A stretch of DNA of 64,000 nucleotides, from assembly GCA_041389005.1 (NCBI GenBank), contig JAWKSR010000001.1:102465-166464 (forward strand), read 5' to 3'. The DNA comes from Minisyncoccota bacterium (GTDB taxonomy: Bacteria; Patescibacteriota; Minisyncoccia; Phycocordibacterales; UBA918). This document shows, piece by piece, positions 1 through 10,306 of the stretch. The notes below the pieces were generated by a model. It ran no database searches, was not told where the DNA came from, and saw only the letters and a list, made by a program, of their open reading frames with translations. Both the position numbers and the translations under genes were made by a program. How positions within the stretch are numbered: the first letter of the stretch is position 1; each line of letters opens with the position of its first letter.

Positions 1-1905
1 GTGACTGGCTCAGGTAAGACCTTTACCGCCGCCAATGTCATTCAGGAAATACAAAAGCCCACACTCGTGATTGCTCATAATAAAACCCTCGCGGCGCAAC
101 TAGCACAAGAGTATCGAGACTTCTTTCCTGATAACGCCGTGCACTACTTTGTCTCTTACTACGACTACTACCAACCGGAGGCGTATATGCCAACCTCTGA
201 CACCTATATTGAAAAAGAAGCGCAGATTAACGAAGAAATTGACCGCTTACGACACGCTTCTACCCAAGCCTTGCTTACTCGTGAAGACGTCATCATCGTA
301 GCTTCAGTGTCTTGTATTTATGGTTTGGGTTCACCAGCTGAGTACGAGAAAAAGCATTTGCGCATTGAAAAAGGTTTTAGTACGACCCGTACCGACATGC
401 TCCGCACTTTGGTTGGTATGTACTTCGAACGCACTAATGCTGATCTGACTCCCGGACATTTCCGAGCAGTAGGAAACACGGTTGAAATCATGCCCACCAA
501 CGAACGAGTGATTTATCGTCTGAATTTCACTGGTACCACCGTAGACACTATTACAAAAATAGACGCTGTCTCACGCTCCATTATTGAAGAACCAGCCGTT
601 TTTTATTTATTTCCCGCCAAACACTTTGTTACGCCAGAGCAAGAGCGTAAAGTAGCTATGGCAGACATTAAGGCAGAGCTGGATGAGCAGCTTAAGCAGT
701 TTAAAAAAGACGGCAAGATACTAGAAGCTGAGCGCCTCAAACGTCGCACTGAGCATGATTTGGCGCTGATGCGAGAAGTTGGCTACTGCAATGGTATTGA
801 AAACTACTCACGGCACTTTGATCGGCGTAAGCCCGGTGAAGCGCCATATACCTTGCTCTCATATTTCCCGCACACAGAAGCAGGGGAGCCGGACTTCCTA
901 ACCATCATCGATGAGTCTCACGTCACCATTCCACAACTAAACGGTATGTATGCTGGAGACCGGTCTCGGAAAGATACCTTGGTAGAGCACGGCTTTCGCT
1001 TGCCGAGTGCCGTAGACAACCGCCCACTTAAATATGACGAGTTCCGCGAGCGAACCGGGCAAACCATCTATACTTCAGCTACCCCCGGTAAATGGGAGCA
1101 AAATTATAGTGAAGAACAGCAAGTACCGATGATTGAACAGATTATCCGTCCAACTGGTTTGGTAGACCCCGAAATTGACTTGCGCCCGATAGTGGAGAAA
1201 GGTGAGTATCCTGGGCAGATACGGGACTTTATTGATGAAGCAGTGACTGTCATTAAAAGTGGCGCACGAGTGTTGGTAACAACCCTCACTAAAAAAATGG
1301 CAGAAGACCTCACGGACTTCCTGGAAGAACGTGATATTAAGACAAAATACATTCACAGTGATGTTGACACGATTGAACGGATTGAAATTCTGACTGAGTT
1401 TAGAAAGGGTGATTTTGACTGCCTGGTAGGAGTGAACCTGCTGCGCGAAGGACTGGACCTACCCGAGGTAGAGTTGGTCGCCATTTTAGATGCAGACAAA
1501 GAGGGCTTCTTGCGTAGTGAAACCGCTCTCATTCAAACCATTGGTCGCGCCGCCCGCAACGTAAATGGACGAGTGGTGCTTTACGCTGACGAAGTCACCG
1601 GGGCGCTTGAGCGGGCAATCACTGAAACAAAACGCCGCCGTGAGCTCCAGCTCGCGCATAACAAGGAGTATGGTATTACGCCACAAACTATTAAAAAAGA
1701 GATTAAATCCATCGCTGACCAGTTGCGTACCGAGCATGATGAGACAGTTGACACGTTACTACGGGTGGATGTAGAACTATATAAAAAAAATCCAAAGAAA
1801 GTCTTGAAGGAAAAACGTCGGCAGATGGAAGAAGCTGTAGCGGTACTTGATTTTGAAACTGCCGCCATCATCCGCGATGAGATACGTTATCTAGAAGCGT
1901 TATAG
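1..1905 (+). CDS. uvrB: Excinuclease ABC subunit B (UvrB), 5' end off-window
   Basis: 634-aa ORF running from base 1. Walker A GSGKTFT at the start, DESH box (IIDESHV), QTIGRAARN motif, C-terminal UVR motif (FETAAIIRDEIRYLE). Confidence 0.95.
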   Translation: MTGSGKTFTAANVIQEIQKPTLVIAHNKTLAAQLAQEYRDFFPDNAVHYFVSYYDYYQPEAYMPTSDTYIEKEAQINEEIDRLRHASTQALLTREDVIIVASVSCIYGLGSPAEYEKKHLRIEKGFSTTRTDMLRTLVGMYFERTNADLTPGHFRAVGNTVEIMPTNERVIYRLNFTGTTVDTITKIDAVSRSIIEEPAVFYLFPAKHFVTPEQERKVAMADIKAELDEQLKQFKKDGKILEAERLKRRTEHDLALMREVGYCNGIENYSRHFDRRKPGEAPYTLLSYFPHTEAGEPDFLTIIDESHVTIPQLNGMYAGDRSRKDTLVEHGFRLPSAVDNRPLKYDEFRERTGQTIYTSATPGKWEQNYSEEQQVPMIEQIIRPTGLVDPEIDLRPIVEKGEYPGQIRDFIDEAVTVIKSGARVLVTTLTKKMAEDLTDFLEERDIKTKYIHSDVDTIERIEILTEFRKGDFDCLVGVNLLREGLDLPEVELVAILDADKEGFLRSETALIQTIGRAARNVNGRVVLYADEVTGALERAITETKRRRELQLAHNKEYGITPQTIKKEIKSIADQLRTEHDETVDTLLRVDVELYKKNPKKVLKEKRRQMEEAVAVLDFETAAIIRDEIRYLEAL

Positions 1906-1963
1906 AAAAGTTTATCTACAGCACTTAGTTTTTGAGACTATATAAGCGGGTATACTTAGGTAA

Positions 1964-3490
1964 ATGCCTGCCAAGAAGACAGCCGCTTCTCAGCGTGGGG
2001 AAAAGAAAAGTACAACTAAGAGCAGCCCAAAGAAGGCGGCGGCTGTTTTGAAGACTGTCAAAAAGACTTCCTCCAAAGGAACACCAGCTAAAAAATCAGG
2101 TGCAAAAAAGAAGATTCACAAAAGAAGTGTTAAAAAGCGCTCAGCAAAAAAATCTAGTAGTTTTAAAGCGACCACCCCAACAAATGTACTGGCGACGCTT
2201 AATCAAGAACTAAACAAAACCCCTAAAAAAGTAACTGAAGAGCCAAAAGCAGCCTTACGCAGACAACTCTCCTTGGCAGTATTATCCCCGTATCGTTTCC
2301 CGCTGACCGTTGAGCAAATTGCCACAGGATCTGCTCGAGTCGTAGGTATGGGATTTGTCGTGATGGGAGTGTTTATGACCTTACTGGCAGCTACCAGCTT
2401 TACCAGTTCACTGGCTACCCGGGTTGAAACGGCTTCACAATTAGCGACTGTGTATGATGCCAATGAGCTCGTAAGTGATTCAGAGGTTACGTACACCGCC
2501 ATCACAAAACCAGAAGCAGGAGCAACTGGTTTTGTTGTTAAAAAAACTTCCGATTCCACCGTACTGACCATGCAGCAAATGGGAGCGTCAGCGATACGTT
2601 TTGAAGCAGTTGATGCGCGTGGCGACGTATTTGTTCTTGGTGGGGAGGAAAAGCAACCAGGTACTTGGCAGGTAAGCTTACCACCAACAGCCAGCGGCAC
2701 AGAAGAGTATGTTGTCTCAGCTCGAGTTTCACTTGGTTCGTATGAGTATGTATCACAACGTAAGAATCTTACTTTAGCAGTGACCCCGGAAGTAGCTACG
2801 GCGGCAGCTCCAAGCACCACAACAGATGCTGGTCTACCATACCGGCAACTTCTAATTCAAAGAGAGCATGATCCATTAGATGATACTGATGATGATGGCT
2901 TGGTAGATTTTGACGAAGTGCATTTTTATGGCTTTTCTACTTCTACTCCTGACAGTGATGACGATGGAGTATCTGACAAAGATGAATTAGCACAAAACGC
3001 CACATCATCCAGGTCCTACGGTATAAGTTTATCTTCATTGCTACAGGTAACTGGAGTAGCAAAAGCCACCGGTAACGCGGTGATTTTCTCAGGTACGGCA
3101 CCGGCAAAGTCACAGGTTGTACTGGCTATTCCGAGCGCTGGAGTTTCGTACTTGGCGCGAGTAGATACCAAAGGTATTTGGCGGTTCGAAGCACCAGAGT
3201 TACCTGATGGTGAGCATTATGCTTTTTTGAGTTTTAGTGACGCTGATGGTGCCGCATTAGTGAGTAGTAAGTCATTCTTTTTTGCTAAAGACACTATACG
3301 TACCCACCATCATACCCACGGCAAAGAAATCACCCGCTTACGCTCGCAAATGGCAATGCTAGAGGTTTCGACACTAACTGATATCAAACTTGTGTTTGGA
3401 GCCATATCACTGATTGCAGTCGGGTTACTCTTACTTTTGCTATTCTTGTATGCCCGTAAATCAGATGATACCTCAGGTGAAGTAGCTTGA
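1964..3490 (+). CDS. Hypothetical membrane protein with a Lys-rich N-terminal tail, Asp-rich Ca-binding-like repeats and a C-terminal TM anchor
   Basis: 508-aa ORF. About a quarter of the first ~95 aa are Lys (KKAAA/KKSGAKKK runs). A TM segment (VVGMGFVVMGVFMTLLAA) follows. DDTDDDGLVDFDE and DSDDDGVSDKDE resemble thrombospondin-type-3 repeats. The protein ends in a hydrophobic helix followed by ARK. Confidence 0.6.
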   Translation: MPAKKTAASQRGEKKSTTKSSPKKAAAVLKTVKKTSSKGTPAKKSGAKKKIHKRSVKKRSAKKSSSFKATTPTNVLATLNQELNKTPKKVTEEPKAALRRQLSLAVLSPYRFPLTVEQIATGSARVVGMGFVVMGVFMTLLAATSFTSSLATRVETASQLATVYDANELVSDSEVTYTAITKPEAGATGFVVKKTSDSTVLTMQQMGASAIRFEAVDARGDVFVLGGEEKQPGTWQVSLPPTASGTEEYVVSARVSLGSYEYVSQRKNLTLAVTPEVATAAAPSTTTDAGLPYRQLLIQREHDPLDDTDDDGLVDFDEVHFYGFSTSTPDSDDDGVSDKDELAQNATSSRSYGISLSSLLQVTGVAKATGNAVIFSGTAPAKSQVVLAIPSAGVSYLARVDTKGIWRFEAPELPDGEHYAFLSFSDADGAALVSSKSFFFAKDTIRTHHHTHGKEITRLRSQMAMLEVSTLTDIKLVFGAISLIAVGLLLLLLFLYARKSDDTSGEVA

Positions 3491-3562
3491 GTCCACGTCT
3501 TTTGCTATACTCGCACTACTATTAACTTGGTTTCGGCTCCATCCGGAACCGTTTGTACGTGT

Positions 3563-6187
3563 ATGGCTAAGAAACAAACAAAAACTAGTTGGGAAGATCC
3601 AAATGATGAGAAGATCATTGTTCGTGGTGCACGGACGCACAATCTTAAAAATATAGACGTAGAGATGCCACGCCGGCGCATGATAGCAATTACTGGTCCA
3701 TCGGGTTCCGGGAAGTCATCATTGGCGTTTGACACTATCTTCGCAGAAGGACAACGCCGTTATATTGAGTCGTTGTCAGCTTATGCCCGTCAGTTTCTCA
3801 ATAAAATGCAAAAGCCTGACGTTGATGAAATCAGCGGTCTTTCGCCAGCCATTTCTATTGACCAGAAGTCAGCTAGTCGCAACCCTCGTTCTACGGTTGC
3901 CACCATTACTGAAATTTATGACTACCTGCGTATTTTGTACGCTCGTGTTGGGCAACCATACTGCCTTGACGTTGATGTGCCAATCGAGCGTCTCTCTCAA
4001 GATGAGATTCTCGGTATTGTTTTAAAGTCCATCGAAGAAAAAGAAGTGAAAAATGCAAAAAATGAACAGGTTATGGGTATTGACCTTAAAAAGGGTCGAG
4101 TAGCTATCTTCGCTCCATTGATTGTCGGACGTAAAGGGGAGTACTATCAACTTTTATATGATTTGCTGAATAAAGGTGTTGAGACCGTAAAAATAGACGG
4201 TGAAATAAAGCAGCTACGAGAGAAAATCGTTTTATCAAAAACCAAGCGACATGATATAGATGTCCTCATTGACGAAATTTATGTCAGTGAGTTTACCGAT
4301 GACCCTAAAGGCTCAAAAGAGCGTTTGTCTGAAGCGGTGGAATTGGCACTGCACGAGGCGGATGGTTTGGTAAAAATCGTCCGTCCCGATAGGAGCGAAC
4401 GGACACTATCAGCCAAGTTTATCTGTCCAGTCGATGGTTCATCATTTCCTGAGGTAGAACCACGGCTATTCTCTTTCAACTCCCCGTACGGCGCCTGTCC
4501 GGAGTGTAATGGACTGGGAGTAGTGGGAATTTTTCAAGATGAAGCGTGCCCAGTCTGTAAGGGCTCGCGCTTACGCCCCGAAGCACTTCGTGTCTACCTG
4601 GGTGGTAGTGGTAAGGAACTCGGCAAGAATATCGTTGATTTCACTAGTATGACCGTAGATGAAGCCGCTTCTTTTGTCGCTTCACTAAAACTAAGTAAAC
4701 AACAACAAGACATTGCCTGGCCCGCCTTACGTGAAATTATTGAGCGGCTGGAATTCATGAAAAATGTTGGGATTGAGTATCTTACGCTTGACCGTCGCGC
4801 GAACACGCTTTCTGGCGGGGAAGCCCAGCGCATCCGCTTAGCCTCACAACTGGGGTCTGGTCTGGTGGGAGCACTTTATGTGCTTGATGAACCAACTATT
4901 GGACTACATCAACGTGACAACGACCGTCTTATTAAAACTTTGACTGAGCTTCGTGATCTTGGCAATACCATTGTGGTAGTTGAGCATGATGAAGATACTA
5001 TTTATGCGGCTGACTATATCGTTGATATTGGTCCGGGTGCTGGCGTGCACGGCGGGGAGGTGGTAGTGGCTGATTATTTACCTAAGTTGTTGGATGCTAG
5101 TAAAAATACTTCCACTTCTTCCACCTTGGCGTATTTACGCGGAGAAAAGAAAATTGCCATTCCGGAGCGTAGGACGAGTGAAAAGGGCTCTATTAAAATT
5201 CGCGGTGGAAAAGCGTTTAATATAAAAAATCTCAATGTGGATGTGCCACTGGGGAAACTCATTACTGTCACTGGTGTGTCTGGGTCCGGAAAATCCACGT
5301 TTATGTATGAAATTCTCCACCGCAATTTACGCTCACGACTAGATAAAAAACACCGCACTCCAGAGACCTATAACGCTAAGACTTTCACTGGTACCGAGTA
5401 TCTAGGACGCTCCATTCTTATTGACCAGTCACCAATTGGGCGAACTCCACGTTCCAATCCAGCTACCTATACTGGCGCTTTCACGCATATTCGTGACTTG
5501 TTTGCTGCTACGAGTGAAGCTCGGGCTCGAGGTTGGAAGCCGGGGCGCTTTTCATTCAATGTTAAAGGCGGTCGCTGTGAAGCGTGTCAGGGTAATGGAA
5601 TGATTGCTGTTGAGATGCATTTTCTGCCAACGGTGTTTGTAACTTGTGATGTGTGCGATGGTAAGCGATTTACCAAAGAAACACTTGAAGTTGCCTACAA
5701 AGGCAAAAACATCCACCAAATCCTCCATATGACCATAGAAGAAGCAACTGAGTTTTTCAAAGACATTCCGGCTATTTATGAACGTCTGAAAACGTTACTT
5801 GATGTAGGACTCGGCTACTTAGAACTTGGACAGAGCGCCACCACACTTTCTGGTGGGGAAGCCCAACGGGTCAAGATAGCTTCAGAACTGTATCGTCCCC
5901 ATACGCAGAAAAGTATTTACTTACTTGATGAACCAACCATTGGTCTCCATTACGATGTTGTGAAGAAGTTGATTGAGATACTGCAGGAGCTAGTAAATCG
6001 CGGTAATACGGTAATGGTGATTGAGCATAATCTTGATCTTATAAAGTGCGCAGACTACATTCTCGACATTGGTCCTGAAGGCGGGGCTCAAGGGGGACTA
6101 CTCGTTGCAAAGGGCACCCCTGAAGAAGTGGCACAAGTTGACAAATCATTCACTGGTCAGTATCTCAAAAAAATGTTGAAAAAATAG
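3563..6187 (+). CDS. uvrA: Excinuclease ABC subunit A (UvrA)
   Basis: Two ABC modules (GPSGSGKSS and GVSGSGKST Walker A; LSGGEAQR signature twice) and CxxC zinc-finger pairs. ATG at 3563 chosen inside the longer ORF that opens at 3527. Confidence 0.95.
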   Translation: MAKKQTKTSWEDPNDEKIIVRGARTHNLKNIDVEMPRRRMIAITGPSGSGKSSLAFDTIFAEGQRRYIESLSAYARQFLNKMQKPDVDEISGLSPAISIDQKSASRNPRSTVATITEIYDYLRILYARVGQPYCLDVDVPIERLSQDEILGIVLKSIEEKEVKNAKNEQVMGIDLKKGRVAIFAPLIVGRKGEYYQLLYDLLNKGVETVKIDGEIKQLREKIVLSKTKRHDIDVLIDEIYVSEFTDDPKGSKERLSEAVELALHEADGLVKIVRPDRSERTLSAKFICPVDGSSFPEVEPRLFSFNSPYGACPECNGLGVVGIFQDEACPVCKGSRLRPEALRVYLGGSGKELGKNIVDFTSMTVDEAASFVASLKLSKQQQDIAWPALREIIERLEFMKNVGIEYLTLDRRANTLSGGEAQRIRLASQLGSGLVGALYVLDEPTIGLHQRDNDRLIKTLTELRDLGNTIVVVEHDEDTIYAADYIVDIGPGAGVHGGEVVVADYLPKLLDASKNTSTSSTLAYLRGEKKIAIPERRTSEKGSIKIRGGKAFNIKNLNVDVPLGKLITVTGVSGSGKSTFMYEILHRNLRSRLDKKHRTPETYNAKTFTGTEYLGRSILIDQSPIGRTPRSNPATYTGAFTHIRDLFAATSEARARGWKPGRFSFNVKGGRCEACQGNGMIAVEMHFLPTVFVTCDVCDGKRFTKETLEVAYKGKNIHQILHMTIEEATEFFKDIPAIYERLKTLLDVGLGYLELGQSATTLSGGEAQRVKIASELYRPHTQKSIYLLDEPTIGLHYDVVKKLIEILQELVNRGNTVMVIEHNLDLIKCADYILDIGPEGGAQGGLLVAKGTPEEVAQVDKSFTGQYLKKMLKK

Positions 6188-6252
6188 ATTGTACGTCACG
6201 TTCTTCCGTTCTAAAGTATAACTTCAGAGGTTCTCCAACGAAAGGTGCTGAG

Positions 6253-6468
6253 ATGACTGCTGAAGAGCAACACTCCATTACAAACATCGTCAATAACTTC
6301 ATTGACACCATAACATCTCCGGTCTACATGTCACCGGCTGACAAACGGGCTCATTTGGTGCAGTGCGCTCTGGCGTGTGGACAGACCACGAGTTGGGTCT
6401 TGCAATATGCCAAGGAATTGGTGGTACGCGGTCACCGATGTGCTTGGCAAAAAAAGGCGGTGCATTAG
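6253..6468 (+). CDS. Hypothetical small protein (71 aa)
   Basis: ORF only. Its stop codon sits inside a 10-bp hairpin (6455-6480), which gives it a plausible transcript end. Confidence 0.3.
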   Translation: MTAEEQHSITNIVNNFIDTITSPVYMSPADKRAHLVQCALACGQTTSWVLQYAKELVVRGHRCAWQKKAVH

Positions 6469-6480
6469 TTTGCACCGTCT
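6455..6480 (+). terminator. Stem-loop at the 3' end of the 71-aa ORF
   Basis: aggcggtgca/tgcaccgtct: 10 bp with one G.U and a 6-nt loop. A T-run follows a few nt downstream. Confidence 0.4.
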
Positions 6481-6504
6481 TAGACTTTTTCATACACTGC
6501 TAGG

Positions 6505-7740
6505 GTGATTAAAAGTGATTTACAAAAGAAAAAAATCCCAGACGCTTCCGGCGTTTATTTTTTCTTAGGAGCGAAAAAGGAGATTTTGTATATCGGTAAA
6601 GCAACATCACTCAAGAACCGGGTACGGAGCTACTTTGCGCCTGACCTTAATGAAAAACGTTCTGAACTCATTGAAAAAATGGTTGGAGATGCCAAGTCAA
6701 TTGATTGGACGGAAACTGATTCCGTACTTGAAGCGCTGATTCTGGAAACTAATCTCATCCGTACTCATAAGCCACGCTACAACACTATCGCCAAAGACGA
6801 TAAAAGCTATAACCATCTTATTATTACCAATGAAGAACTCCCTCGTGTCCTGATTGTTCGCGGCAAAGACCTAACTGAGCAATACACATCAAAAGAGATA
6901 AAGTACCACTTTGGACCGTTCCCAAGTGGAGCATTATTTAAAGAGGCATTAAAAATTATCCGCAAGCTATTTAAATTTTATGACACCAAACATGCAGTGA
7001 CACATAAGGTAAGTAAAATGGAGCGTGGCAAAATAGATTTCAATCGACAAATTGGCTTATATCCGAACACAGAAGACAAAAAAACCTATCAACAAGCCAT
7101 CCGACACATTCGTTTGTTTTTTGAGGGAAACAAACAGCAAATCATCAAAGAACTAGAAAAAGAAATGCACGCGCAAGCGAAGCGAGAAGCTTTTGAAGAG
7201 GCTGAACGCACTAAACGTAAGATCTTTGCACTGCAGCATATTCAAGATGTTTCACTCATTAAAGACGATGTACGTGTCTACCGAGATGAGCAGAATATTC
7301 GTATTGAAGCCTACGACATCGCTCACTTAGGAGGGAAAGATATGGTCGGGGTCATGACAGTCTTAGAAGGACTTCAACCGCAGACCAGTGAGTATCGAAA
7401 ATTTAAGATTATGAGTGTGAATGGCAGTAACGACCCGGCTGCCCTCAAAGAGGTGCTCGAACGGAGATTTACTCATACCGAATGGGCGTTACCACAGCTC
7501 GTTGTGGTAGACGGAAGTACAGCACAAAAAAATGTGGCGGAGCTAGTGATCAAAAAAGCTGGACTTGTTATACCGGTGGTGGGCGTGGTCAAAGACGCAA
7601 AGCATAAACCACAGCGTGTTATTGGTGCAAAAAAACTCACAACTGCATACCAAGATCACATTTTACTTGCCAACGCCGAAGCCCATCGCTTCGCTATTAC
7701 CTACCACCGGCAAAAAAGAAACAAACGCAACGTTCAGTAA
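6505..7740 (+). CDS. uvrC: Excinuclease ABC subunit C (UvrC), short form lacking the C-terminal HhH2 domain
   Basis: GIY-YIG motif (ILYIGKATSLKNRVRSYF), UVR-like helix (KELEKEMHAQAKREAFEEAERTKRKIFALQ) and endonuclease core (IEAYDIAHLGG). Only 411 aa, and the next gene starts ~20 nt later, so there is no room for an HhH2 domain. Confidence 0.85.
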   Translation: MIKSDLQKKKIPDASGVYFFLGAKKEILYIGKATSLKNRVRSYFAPDLNEKRSELIEKMVGDAKSIDWTETDSVLEALILETNLIRTHKPRYNTIAKDDKSYNHLIITNEELPRVLIVRGKDLTEQYTSKEIKYHFGPFPSGALFKEALKIIRKLFKFYDTKHAVTHKVSKMERGKIDFNRQIGLYPNTEDKKTYQQAIRHIRLFFEGNKQQIIKELEKEMHAQAKREAFEEAERTKRKIFALQHIQDVSLIKDDVRVYRDEQNIRIEAYDIAHLGGKDMVGVMTVLEGLQPQTSEYRKFKIMSVNGSNDPAALKEVLERRFTHTEWALPQLVVVDGSTAQKNVAELVIKKAGLVIPVVGVVKDAKHKPQRVIGAKKLTTAYQDHILLANAEAHRFAITYHRQKRNKRNVQ

Positions 7741-7761
7741 ACTTCCTTGGTTACAGAAGAC

Positions 7762-8668
7762 ATGAGTACAATGAAGCAGCCGAAGATTGGTTTTATTGGT
7801 CAAGGTTGGATTGGAAAGCACTATGCAGACGATTTTGAGAAACGTGGTTATCAAATAGTACGGTATGCACTTGAGCCGGAATATCTTGATAACAAACAAC
7901 TCATAGCAACCTGCGACATTGTTTTTATTGCCGTTCCTACCCCAACCACGATAAAAGGGTTTGTGGATGCCCATGTACGAGACGCATTACAATCTGTCGG
8001 TCAGGGTAAAATCGCTGTTATAAAATCAACCTTAGCAGTTGGCACAACAAAAGCTTTACAGACAGATTACCCAGACATTACCATTCTTCATAGTCCAGAA
8101 TTTTTACGTGAACGTACAGCCGCTTATGATGCCGCCTATCCAAACAGGAATCTCCTCGGCATTCCGATTGATAATCCAGACACGCTTGCCAAAGCGAAAC
8201 AAGTTTTAGAAATCCTTCCTGAGGCTCCCTATGCAAAAATCATGGATTCCAATGATGCCGAGTTAGTGAAGTACGCTGGGAACTGCTTTTTGTATCTGAA
8301 AGTGCTATACATGAACGCTCTCTTCAATGTGGTAGAAAATACTGGTGCAACGTGGGAGACAGTTCGTGAAGCATTGGTGCATGATCCGCGTATTGGTGCC
8401 AGTCACACTGAGCCAGTGCATACAAGTGGGCATGTAAATGACACAGGTCTTAAACAGCGTGGTGCCGGGGGGCATTGTTTTATCAAGGACTTTGAAGCGT
8501 TCAGGCACATGTATAACGAGCACGTCAAGGAAAAACGCGGACGGGATTTCCTATCAGCAGACTTCGTTGTATAACCAGTTCTTGCTCCGTACAAGCAGTA
8601 AAGATCTTGACCTGTTAGAGGTGTATTTGATTTATCGGACTGAAGCTCATGATATTATTAACCTATGA
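7762..8668 (+). pseudogene. UDP-glucose/GDP-mannose dehydrogenase-family protein, apparent frameshift near 8530
   Basis: Rossmann N-terminus (KIGFIGQGWIGKHY), SPEFLRERTA motif, catalytic-Cys motif GGHCFIKD. Frame 1 stops at 8574. Frame 2 continues (KNADGISYQQ...KDLDLLEVY...) to a TGA at 8666-8668 that overlaps the ddl ATG as ATGA, which suggests frame 2 is the true terminal frame. Confidence 0.55.
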
Positions 8669-9663
8669 GTCAGTATCGCACTGCAGTAATGCGAGGTGGA
8701 CCAAGTGATGAACACTTAGTATCTATGCAAACCGGCAGGTCTGTTATTGATGCTCTTTTGGATACTCAGTTTCAACCGATTGACATCACCATCTCACGAC
8801 AAGGTGAGTGGCTGGTAGACGGTTTTGTGCGCACGCCAGAAGCAGCTCTGAGTGCAATAGACGTAGTGTTTATTGCTCTTCATGGGTCATATGGTGAAGA
8901 TGGTACCGTACAACGCTTGCTTGATAGATTAGGAGTGCCCTATACCGGTAGTGGCGCTTTTGCCTCAAACCGTGCGATGAATAAAGTGCTTACCAAAGAA
9001 TTTCTTAAACCGCTTGGTATCAAAACACCGCGATATATGAAAGTCAGTAGAGATGTGACTGATGTCGCACGATTGGTGGATTCAATTTCGGGATTGTTTG
9101 GCGATCGCTATGTCGTCAAACCTGTAGATGGTGGATCATCGATTGCAACCACGATGGTCAAGGGTAATGCGGAGCTTTTACATACTATCCAGCATATGCT
9201 CCAGGAGCGTCCAGCAGTGCTCGTAGAAGAACAAATCATTGGTAAAGAAGCAACCGTAGGTGTGATAGATACTTTGCGTGGTCAATCTCACTACCACTTG
9301 CCTGCAGTTGAGATAGTGCCCCCAAGCGAAGCAGCCTTCTTTGATTATGAAAATAAATATAACGGGCAAACAGAGGAAATCTGTCCCGGACGTTTTTCAA
9401 TAGAAGAAAAAAGGGAATTGGGTGACATAGCGCGTACCGTACATGCCGCTATGGAGTTGTCGCAGTACTCACGCTCTGATTTTATGATTGCTCCGACAGG
9501 TATATTTTTCCTTGAGGTTAACACACTGCCCGGATTGACGCCGCAATCACTGTTTCCCAAGGCTCTTGATGCAGTTGGGATGTCGTATAGGGACTTCCTG
9601 TTGCATTTATTATCAAATGCGTTGGAAAGACGTTCGAAGCGCCTGGGTGCATTGTCAGTTTAG
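8665..9663 (+). CDS. ddl: D-alanine--D-alanine ligase
   Basis: 332 aa. ALHGSYGEDGTVQRLLDRLGVPYTGSG followed by an ATP-grasp region (FLEVNTLPGLT). Confidence 0.9.
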   Translation: MSQYRTAVMRGGPSDEHLVSMQTGRSVIDALLDTQFQPIDITISRQGEWLVDGFVRTPEAALSAIDVVFIALHGSYGEDGTVQRLLDRLGVPYTGSGAFASNRAMNKVLTKEFLKPLGIKTPRYMKVSRDVTDVARLVDSISGLFGDRYVVKPVDGGSSIATTMVKGNAELLHTIQHMLQERPAVLVEEQIIGKEATVGVIDTLRGQSHYHLPAVEIVPPSEAAFFDYENKYNGQTEEICPGRFSIEEKRELGDIARTVHAAMELSQYSRSDFMIAPTGIFFLEVNTLPGLTPQSLFPKALDAVGMSYRDFLLHLLSNALERRSKRLGALSV

Positions 9664-9710
9664 CCACAGGGTTACCAACGTCTTCTACTTTCTAGTGTTA
9701 AAATAAACAC

Positions 9711-10241
9711 ATGAAACACGAGAAAGCTCTTTTAGTACTTACTGCGTATGTAATAGGTTTTATTACCGCCTACATAGCTTTTGGATTGACTATAACCGGA
9801 CCAAAAGAAGCAGTGTATGTTACTACCACTCATTCCAAAGAGATAAAGCAGCATGAAGGCGCTACAACAGACGGTGTGGGGGTAGTAGAGACATCAGAAG
9901 GGCTGTTTGCGCTACTGGGTGCGCAGGAACGGGTCTTGAGTGCCCAAGCAATTTCGTTTGGTGCAGGAGCGGGTTATCACTATGATGTATTTGTCGCCAT
10001 GGCATCTCCGGATGGAAAGTATATCTATTATTGCGCCCAAGAAGATCGTACAAGCGACTCCTGTGTTGGTTATCTGTATGATGTGTTAGAAGACAAAACA
10101 CGTCAGGTTCATAACGAGAACAACGACCCAGTTTTACTACAGTCAACTGCTAAAAAAGTTTCGTGGCAAGATGGACAGTTGTACTTACCTATGTATCGTT
10201 CGTATGACATTATGCGTCCGTGGAAAGTGATACCGTACTAG
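9711..10241 (+). CDS. Hypothetical N-terminally membrane-anchored protein
   Basis: 176-aa ORF with one N-terminal TM helix (LLVLTAYVIGFITAYIAFGL). No family recognised. Confidence 0.45.
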   Translation: MKHEKALLVLTAYVIGFITAYIAFGLTITGPKEAVYVTTTHSKEIKQHEGATTDGVGVVETSEGLFALLGAQERVLSAQAISFGAGAGYHYDVFVAMASPDGKYIYYCAQEDRTSDSCVGYLYDVLEDKTRQVHNENNDPVLLQSTAKKVSWQDGQLYLPMYRSYDIMRPWKVIPY

Positions 10242-10306
10242 TGCATTGACTAGCGGGGCGAAAATAAGTAAGATATTGCGCACTTGTTGAATGTGTAACA
10301 TTCAAT

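Noticed and set aside
2203-2820. Long minus-strand ORFs inside + strand genes (2203-2820, 17684-18121, 24634-25104, 55115-55528 and many shorter ones in the track)
   Set aside because: Each is antisense to a gene with clear family motifs or TM structure. None has motifs of its own. They are treated as spurious.
3488-3563. Possible read-through fusion of the Lys-rich membrane protein with UvrA (same frame, no stop between the TGA at 3488-3490 and the uvrA ATG)
   Set aside because: The intervening 24 codons have no homology to either protein. UvrA starts with its normal N-terminus at 3563. The shared frame is most likely coincidental.
6188-6250. A possible third, partial copy of the atp-operon element (acgttcttccgttctaaag resembles acgtcttccttcaaaac)
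   Set aside because: Similarity is limited to ~18 nt of one arm, and no complementary arm or hairpin can be formed. It is probably chance.
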